Notes under the pieces: model-generated | Database searches by the model: none | The model's input: the letters and a program-made list of their open reading frames with translations, nothing else | Told to the model about the DNA's origin: nothing | Shown: positions 57,874 to 64,000 of the stretch, piece after piece | How the letters are laid out: each line of letters opens with the position of its first letter | Numbering within the stretch: position 1 is the stretch's first letter | Translations under genes and position numbers: made by a program | Origin: Patescibacteria group bacterium | GTDB lineage: Bacteria; Patescibacteriota; Patescibacteriia; 2-01-FULL-39-33 | DNA: 64,000 nucleotides | Direction: 5' to 3' | Assembly: GCA_041650895.1 (NCBI GenBank) | Contig: JBAZKF010000001.1 | Span: 145,685-209,684 of the forward strand

Positions 57874-59346
57874 TTAATCGCGTTTAGTATTGATGTCCGG
57901 AGATTTAGGCAAGAAAAAAGAGACTAAAGCCATAAAACCATCAAACAAAATTTTTATATCGTCTAATGATCTAATGCTAAAAATCTTCTTAAGGATGAAT
58001 TTCGGACGAAAATAAAAACTGCGATACATGATTTTATATAAATTCTTTATTTCTTCCGCTGAAAGATTCTCCAATCTCATAACCGGCTTAGCCAAATTAA
58101 AATCATCCCAATTTTCGCTCAACAACAAATCACGTTCCTTGGCCCAATTAAACATGGCCGTGCCGGGAAACGGCGTAGTAATATTGACGATCAGCAAATC
58201 GGGATTTATTTTCTTAACAAAACGGATGTTCTTTTCAATCACTTGGCGACTGTCGCCGGGATTGCCGACCATGAAAGCCAGACGGCATTCTATCCCCGCC
58301 TGCTTAGTCCATTTGACGGCATTGATCACTTGCGGCAAATTGATTTTTTTATTGATATTCTTCAATACGGCCTCATCAACATTTTCCACCCCATACATGA
58401 TCTGATGACAACCGGCGTCTGACATTTTCCGCAACATGGCCTCGTCAACATAATCAACTCGGGCAAAACACGTCCAAGACAAATCCATTTTATTTTTTAT
58501 CAGCAGATCGCACAAGTCAATGACGTTCTGACGAAAAACAGTAAAAGTATCATCATAAAACATGATCTGCCTGATACCGTAATTATCGGCCAAGTATTTT
58601 ATCTCGGCAAAAATCCCGGTGGCCGACTTAAAGATCATCTGATCACCCAAGGTTTTATTGCAGAAAGTGCAACGCCCCGGACAACCTCGGCTAGTCATTA
58701 AACTCATGGCCGGCAACTTCTTATACGAGCCCTTAGCCGGCCGATATTTATCAATCGGCAATAAATCATAAGCCGGCAAAGGCAGATCATCCAAATTGGC
58801 AATCCGCCGACGCGGCGCGTTACGGATTATTTGTTTTTCGCCATTCAATTCTTTCTTATAAACCACGCCGTCAATCTCTTCAATCTTCTTGCCGGATAAT
58901 ATTTCTCCCAAAGTAATCTCCCCTTCGCCGATAACCACCGCATCAACAAATGGTTGATTAATAACCTCATCAGTAACAAAGGTTGCATGAACGCCACCGA
59001 AAATAATCAAAGCATTAGGATAATATAATCGGCAAATTTCCGCCGCCTGATAAGCCTTTTTAATTTGTCCGGTGGTGGCAGTAAAGCCGATCACTCTAAT
59101 ATCCCTGTGATGATCAACAAAATTTTCCTTTAGATAATCGCCGAAGGCCTGGACCGAGGGGCAGGAAACTTCACAATCAATTATCTCTACACTTTGATCC
59201 TGTTGACGGACATAGCCGGCAATGGAAGCCAGCCCCAAAGGAGGGAAATTTGAGTTAATCTCACGCCAAATATTATTCTCATCGCCATAATAATCAGGCG
59301 GAGCGATCAACAAACAATCCAAATTTTTTTGATTATCTTGCGACAT
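57874..59346 (-). CDS. cobalamin-binding radical SAM enzyme, paralog 9
   Basis: DDLPLPAYDLLP, TSRGCPGRCTFCNKTL. Confidence 0.9.
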   Translation of the reverse strand: MSQDNQKNLDCLLIAPPDYYGDENNIWREINSNFPPLGLASIAGYVRQQDQSVEIIDCEVSCPSVQAFGDYLKENFVDHHRDIRVIGFTATTGQIKKAYQAAEICRLYYPNALIIFGGVHATFVTDEVINQPFVDAVVIGEGEITLGEILSGKKIEEIDGVVYKKELNGEKQIIRNAPRRRIANLDDLPLPAYDLLPIDKYRPAKGSYKKLPAMSLMTSRGCPGRCTFCNKTLGDQMIFKSATGIFAEIKYLADNYGIRQIMFYDDTFTVFRQNVIDLCDLLIKNKMDLSWTCFARVDYVDEAMLRKMSDAGCHQIMYGVENVDEAVLKNINKKINLPQVINAVKWTKQAGIECRLAFMVGNPGDSRQVIEKNIRFVKKINPDLLIVNITTPFPGTAMFNWAKERDLLLSENWDDFNLAKPVMRLENLSAEEIKNLYKIMYRSFYFRPKFILKKIFSIRSLDDIKILFDGFMALVSFFLPKSPDINTKRD

Positions 59347-59351
59347 AGCTT

Positions 59352-61559
59352 TTAAAGGAATCGACTAAAAAACGCTCTGAATCCGTCACTGGTCAACAAC
59401 CATAAATAGTCAACCAAAACAATAACGATAACGACCGCAACCCGACTCGGCCAGCGGTAAAAATATTTTCTTAACCCGTTAACGGCCAACAAGGTTAATA
59501 GCAAAGCCAGGACAAAATACAAACGAGATGACACACCGGTCCAAAGCAAAAACATAAACGACGGCAGAATCAGGCACTTAACCAGGAACCTCTGATCGGC
59601 GGTAAACTCCCGCCATTTAATCAATCCTAACGGCACCAAAAGCCAAGCAGCCAGATAAACGCCGACGATACTCTTAACAACAAAAAACGGCTGATATTCG
59701 GAACCGCTGGGAGCGCTAATGCCCAGTTTATACCAATCCAAATATGAATAATGATAAATGAAATAAACCACGATTTGCCAAGCGATTAAGGGCAAGCCGA
59801 CCGCTAAGGTTGATAAAAATAATTTTTTGAGTTTTTCGGCTCGAGGCAGTTGCGGATGGAAACATATCACCAGATACAGGAAAGCCATACCCAAACTGCT
59901 ATATTCTTTCCATAACATGCCAACAACAACCATCAACGAAGTTAAAAATAAATTAAAGTTGTTAGGCCGTTTATAAAATCTAATGACGCCGATAGCGGCC
60001 AAAACCCAGAATAATTGGGCGCCCGACTCGGTAAACAAATCCAAGCCATACTTAAGTAACGGATAGGAAGAAATATAAATCAACGCTCCCAGAAGCGCCA
60101 TTCCTCTATTTTTAAAAAACAAATAAAATAAAACGTAAACGGCTAAAGCCAAAAAAACATAAAATATAATCGCCTCTATCTCAAAAGCTAACGATAGATT
60201 GCCACCGGTTAAAAACGACAGTCCGGCAATACCCATAGGCCCCAACGGTTTTAAAATTCTGGAAGGAAAACTCTCCGCCATTTGTCCCATAAACAGCTTA
60301 GCCGTTTCCATATACTGATAAGCATCGCCGTTAATGCTAAAACCGACAAAATTGAGCCGAATAAACACGTTCAACGCTACCGCGGTTAAGATTAAAAGAA
60401 TCGGCCAAAAATGATTATTGGTCGACTTGGTCGGCCGGCACTTTTTGTCTATGGCTGTTTGCCAGCTTTTCAGATAAAGCGCCAAATTTTCCTCTCGGCC
60501 GGGCAAAATGTTAATCGCCGATTCGGCCGACTGGCTGAGTTGCCGGCGCAAGCCAATATTCTGAATAATCTTTTTCATGGCGTCAGCTAATTTTTCTTCG
60601 TCGCCAACGGGCGTGATTAATGCGCTGACTCCGTCTTTCAACACCTCACCGGCGCAACCGACATCAGTCATCACTACCGCCAAACCGCAACTGGCGGCTT
60701 CTATTATCACCATCCCCCAACCCTCATAATCAGAACTCAAAACATAACTATCGGCTGAGTTGTAATAATCATAAATATTGTCAGTCCAACCGATCAAAAA
60801 GATTTTATCCTCCAAGCCGGATTCTTTTATTTGTTGGGCGAGTTTGTCTTTTTCCGGACCGCGACCGACTATAAGCAAAACCGCCTCCGGCAATTGCCGG
60901 GCAACCGTGGCGAAAGCTCTGATCAGCAACGGCAGATTTTTCTGTTTTACCAATCGAGCCATAGTCAAAAAAACAGTTTTGCCGACTAAGCGGCCGAAAA
61001 TCTCCGGCTTAGTTTCGCTGAATTGCTTCTCGGGCTTAACATAGACAGGAACAACAACAATTTTATCTTCGGCTATATGCAAATCATTAACCAAAGTATC
61101 CTTTATCCGCTCACTGACTGCGCGCACGCTGTCGGCTCGCTTAATCAGCCAGCGCCCCAGATAATAACGGCAAAAGTTAATAGGATTTTCATTGCGCCAA
61201 TAAGTCGCGCTAAAAAAATCGCCATGTTCCTGAATATTCAAAGCGCTCTTGAATTTCCTAGCCAGCAATAATCCCATCAGCGACAATTCAAAAGGATCTT
61301 GAACCGTTATGACATCATAATTATTCTGGCGGAACAGTTTTTTCGCTAACCGATACATATTGAATAGTGCCGCTAATCGGTTGCCGCCACCCGTGCCGTA
61401 AGCCGTTACTTTTTCTGATAATTTAATTTCTTGCGCTGGCGTAGCGGGCACGATAATATCATAAGCGTCCGTCATAACGCCATACTCAATCAAACGCCGA
61501 GTTACGGGTGATGAGGAAACGAATACGCCTTTATCGGTGCCTAAGTTTAATACTTTCAT
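59352..61559 (-). CDS. fusion: N-terminal GT4 glycosyltransferase (about 370 aa) plus C-terminal polytopic membrane domain (about 360 aa)
   Basis: DYEGWGMVIIEAASCGLAVVMTDVG (GT4 EX7E region) at about aa 280-305. From about aa 375 onward there are 10-11 TM helices (WPILLILTAVALNVF ...). Confidence 0.75.
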   Translation of the reverse strand: MKVLNLGTDKGVFVSSSPVTRRLIEYGVMTDAYDIIVPATPAQEIKLSEKVTAYGTGGGNRLAALFNMYRLAKKLFRQNNYDVITVQDPFELSLMGLLLARKFKSALNIQEHGDFFSATYWRNENPINFCRYYLGRWLIKRADSVRAVSERIKDTLVNDLHIAEDKIVVVPVYVKPEKQFSETKPEIFGRLVGKTVFLTMARLVKQKNLPLLIRAFATVARQLPEAVLLIVGRGPEKDKLAQQIKESGLEDKIFLIGWTDNIYDYYNSADSYVLSSDYEGWGMVIIEAASCGLAVVMTDVGCAGEVLKDGVSALITPVGDEEKLADAMKKIIQNIGLRRQLSQSAESAINILPGREENLALYLKSWQTAIDKKCRPTKSTNNHFWPILLILTAVALNVFIRLNFVGFSINGDAYQYMETAKLFMGQMAESFPSRILKPLGPMGIAGLSFLTGGNLSLAFEIEAIIFYVFLALAVYVLFYLFFKNRGMALLGALIYISSYPLLKYGLDLFTESGAQLFWVLAAIGVIRFYKRPNNFNLFLTSLMVVVGMLWKEYSSLGMAFLYLVICFHPQLPRAEKLKKLFLSTLAVGLPLIAWQIVVYFIYHYSYLDWYKLGISAPSGSEYQPFFVVKSIVGVYLAAWLLVPLGLIKWREFTADQRFLVKCLILPSFMFLLWTGVSSRLYFVLALLLTLLAVNGLRKYFYRWPSRVAVVIVIVLVDYLWLLTSDGFRAFFSRFL

Positions 61560-61567
61560 CTCAATAA

Positions 61568-63013
61568 TTATTTAGTAATAAATTTCTTGGCCAATTTAAA
61601 TTCCACCGGCCAGAAAAAAAATTTCAATTTCCAACGCAGTTTACATAAACAAATAAAACAGAATTTGAGTAATTTATTGGAAGAGACAGTTGAATTCATC
61701 GCGCTCTTGAATGACAAGGCGCCGAATCTGACATAGGCCTCCATTGATTCCACAAAGTCCTTGTCCTTAACCCAAGGAAAATTCTCTACTGACATGTAGC
61801 TCAACTCGTTCTCTGAAACCTTTTTCCATTCCTCAAGCGACTGCGGTTCCCGCCAGCCGGCCTTGACGCATTCCTCATATAACTCTGATCCGGGGTAGGG
61901 GCGAAACGCTTGAGGGCCCAAAATCTGGACCTCGTCGCTTAAGGCGATTAAGCGATCAATCAACCTCAGGGTTTCCTGCATATCACTCCGCGACTCGCCA
62001 GGCAAACCAATCATGAATGAATACTGAGGTATGATGCCATGCTTGAGGCAGGCCTTAGCGGAAGCGACTATGTCATCGGCGGTAACGTCTTTTTTGATCA
62101 TTTTTAAGATACGGCTACTGCCGGATTCGGCGCCGAAAGACAACAAATAACAGCCGGACTGCTTTAACTTGGCTAAAAGTTCATCATCCACCATCCCCGG
62201 CTTAAGGTAATCGGCGCGAATAGTGGTTTCCCAAGGCAAAACCAGATCTTCCCTAATCATGCCGTCAATGATCGCCTTAGCGCGGCTGATATCCACAAAA
62301 AAGTTCTCGTCCCAAAAACGCAATTTCTTGCCCTGGAAATACTCCTTGGCCTTAATTATCCGTAAATCCTCAAGCACCTGCTCGGTCGTCCGAGCGCGCC
62401 AATGATTTTTCAAAATCGCATTAATGCAAAAAGTACAACGATGCGGACAACCGCGCGAAGTTAGAGAAGGAATCAAATATAGATGCTCTCTGATTTCCTG
62501 AGGCACTAAATCCCAATTAAATAACGGCATGGCTTGGGGTTGATGCAGGGGTTGCGGCTGATTGACAATAACTCTCCCGTCAGCGCAATAAGCGAGGCCT
62601 TTGATTTCTGCCAGGGATCGGCCTCGCGCCAACTGCAACATGGTTTCTTCGCCTTCGCCGATAACTACTATATCAATCAGCGGATTTTTGGCTGTCTGCT
62701 CAATAAAAAAAGTCGGATGCGATCCGCCCCAAACAATTTGGGCGGCGGGATTGATTCTTCTGGCCAACTCGGAGATTTTCAAGGCATTGGAGATCTGCAT
62801 GGTCATAACTGAAACACCGATCAAATCAAAATCCTTAATCGCTTGCTCCAATAAGCTCAAATAATCCTTCTGCCTGACGCCGTCTATCATCTTGACCTCC
62901 ACTCCTTGACTATCTAAGTAGGTGGCAATACTCAACAAACCGACAGAAATAGAGCTGTCGTAATTATCTTTAACTATATTAAATTCGGGATTGATCAGTA
63001 AAACTTTTTTCAT
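61568..63013 (-). CDS. cobalamin-binding radical SAM enzyme, paralog 10 (most divergent)
   Basis: MKKVLLINPEF, QAMPLFNWDLVP, TSRGCPHRCTFCINAI. Confidence 0.85.
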   Translation of the reverse strand: MKKVLLINPEFNIVKDNYDSSISVGLLSIATYLDSQGVEVKMIDGVRQKDYLSLLEQAIKDFDLIGVSVMTMQISNALKISELARRINPAAQIVWGGSHPTFFIEQTAKNPLIDIVVIGEGEETMLQLARGRSLAEIKGLAYCADGRVIVNQPQPLHQPQAMPLFNWDLVPQEIREHLYLIPSLTSRGCPHRCTFCINAILKNHWRARTTEQVLEDLRIIKAKEYFQGKKLRFWDENFFVDISRAKAIIDGMIREDLVLPWETTIRADYLKPGMVDDELLAKLKQSGCYLLSFGAESGSSRILKMIKKDVTADDIVASAKACLKHGIIPQYSFMIGLPGESRSDMQETLRLIDRLIALSDEVQILGPQAFRPYPGSELYEECVKAGWREPQSLEEWKKVSENELSYMSVENFPWVKDKDFVESMEAYVRFGALSFKSAMNSTVSSNKLLKFCFICLCKLRWKLKFFFWPVEFKLAKKFITK

Positions 63014-64000
63014 TGCATTTTTTTCAATAAATCAACGGTTTGATCCACTGTCTGCCGCCAAGAAAAATCTTTCAGCTTGACTGTTGCCGCTTCGGTCAGC
63101 TTTTGAGCCAAAGGACGGTCAGTCAATAGTCGGAAAATCGCTTCAATTAATTGTTTTTGATTATTGTAGTTTACCAGCAAGCCGTTCTGGCCGTCTGTAA
63201 TAACCTCGGGATTGCCGCCGACGTCAGTGGCGATTACCGGCGCCCCGGCTTTTATGGCTTCCAATAATGTATGGGACAGGCCTTCATAATTGGTGTTTAA
63301 AACAAAAACATCGGCGTGACTGAAATATTCCAAAACTTTTTCATGCGGTACGCGATCAAGAAACTTTATTTGCTCGGCCAGTTTCAAAGACTGAGCCAGG
63401 TTCTGCAGATTCTCTAACTCCGGACCATCGCCCAAAACGATCAAATAGGCCCGACCCAAACGCTTGATGATTTCCGGCATCGCCCGGATTAATTGATCCA
63501 CGCCCTTCCATTTGGTTAACCGGCAAGCCGTCATAATTATGGAACCGTCGTTAGGCAGATTAATGGGGGCTGATTTATTAACGCTAACCTCATCGCCAAA
63601 ATCAATCGCATTATATATGACATTTATTTTGGCTAAGTCAACGCCGATCAGCTTGGCCAAATCGCCCATAAAATTGCTGACGGCAATAATCGCATCGGCT
63701 TCCAATAATATCCGGCGGCGACGCGCTTTCATTCTTTCAATTTGTTGATTATAAATATTCTTTTCAAAGTCGGTGATGTAATCGGTTGTCCAGCCGTTAG
63801 CGGTGGCTGTTTCCCAGGCGGCATCGCCGGCAAACCTGACTAAATATTTTTTCTTGGTTATTTTTTTTATCAAATTGGCAAACCAGCCGACACTGTAGAT
63901 ATCGGTTACATAAATCAGGTCGGCGTTAAAAGACAGGAAAAGCATAGCCAAAAAATAATGCAACCGACTGAAAACTTTATTTTTTGCCACTCGATAAACG
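63010..64000 (-). CDS. glycosyltransferase family 4 (N-terminus probably beyond the right edge)
   Basis: YEGLSHTLLEAIKAGAPVIATDVGGNPE in the C-terminal domain. The visible N-terminal portion looks mid-domain, so the true start is likely past position 64000. Confidence 0.7.
   Translation of the reverse strand, partial: VYRVAKNKVFSRLHYFLAMLFLSFNADLIYVTDIYSVGWFANLIKKITKKKYLVRFAGDAAWETATANGWTTDYITDFEKNIYNQQIERMKARRRRILLEADAIIAVSNFMGDLAKLIGVDLAKINVIYNAIDFGDEVSVNKSAPINLPNDGSIIMTACRLTKWKGVDQLIRAMPEIIKRLGRAYLIVLGDGPELENLQNLAQSLKLAEQIKFLDRVPHEKVLEYFSHADVFVLNTNYEGLSHTLLEAIKAGAPVIATDVGGNPEVITDGQNGLLVNYNNQKQLIEAIFRLLTDRPLAQKLTEAATVKLKDFSWRQTVDQTVDLLKKMQ

Noticed and set aside
27833-64000. RiPP (peptide natural product) interpretation of the radical SAM/SPASM and B12-rSAM genes
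   Set aside because: No short precursor-peptide ORF with a plausible leader/core, no peptidase or ABC exporter and no RRE-domain protein is visible. The neighbours are uniformly glycan-biosynthetic, so a carbohydrate or lipid-linked substrate is much more likely.
19258-64000. Mobile element or prophage origin of the accessory region
   Set aside because: No integrase, transposase, recombinase or phage structural gene, and no terminal inverted or direct repeats, were found in the window. Only the adjacent tRNA pair hints at island character, and that is recorded as a low-confidence finding.
1-64000. Alternative genetic code (UGA recoded, as in some candidate-phylum bacteria)
   Set aside because: TGA terminates several well-defined genes at positions consistent with homolog lengths (for example the GT9 stop at 41122-41124 and the TGA immediately upstream of the helicase start). 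The standard bacterial code fits.
1-64000. CRISPR arrays, rRNA genes, large tandem repeats
   Set aside because: No array of regularly spaced direct repeats and no rRNA-like conserved stretches were seen. The only repeats are the short motifs reported under features and findings.

Overview
The window has two parts. Positions 1 to about 19.2 kb are compact housekeeping genes on both strands. They include a DEAH-box helicase gene, truncated at the left edge and absent from the ORF track. They also include murA, a PEGA-domain membrane protein, dCMP deaminase, an orphan receiver-domain protein, HIT, TatD, CvpA, metG, rsmI, a LutA/LutB-like Fe-S pair, a thioredoxin-CcdA fusion, a ZIP transporter, a tRNA-Ala(CGC)/tRNA-Val(CAC) pair and a SIMPL protein. 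From about 19.2 kb to the right edge (more than 44 kb) the window is a very dense cell-surface glycan biosynthesis locus. It contains a minus-strand cassette (GtrA, UDP-sugar decarboxylase-like SDR, GT2, DUF2304, GT2) and a plus-strand operon (initiating polyprenyl-phosphate sugar transferase, GT2, methyltransferase, deacetylase, FemAB-like, B12-radical SAM). Converging on that operon is a minus-strand super-operon of about 35 kb that runs off the right edge. The most striking content is ten paralogous cobalamin-binding (class B) radical SAM genes plus two radical SAM/SPASM genes in about 36 kb, interleaved almost one-for-one with glycosyltransferases (GT2, GT4, GT9), a Wzx-type flippase, a UPF0104 flippase-like protein, class I methyltransferases, CE4 deacetylases and large polytopic membrane proteins. 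Three unusual fusions occur: a polytopic membrane domain fused to a radical SAM/SPASM domain, a B12-radical SAM fused to a class I methyltransferase, and a GT4 fused to a polytopic membrane domain. I read this as a previously uncharacterised radical-chemistry glycan or glycolipid tailoring system. No transposase, integrase, CRISPR array or rRNA is visible. Stop-codon usage (TGA stops observed) indicates the standard code. Domain and family calls are sequence-motif recognitions made by eye and no database search was run.
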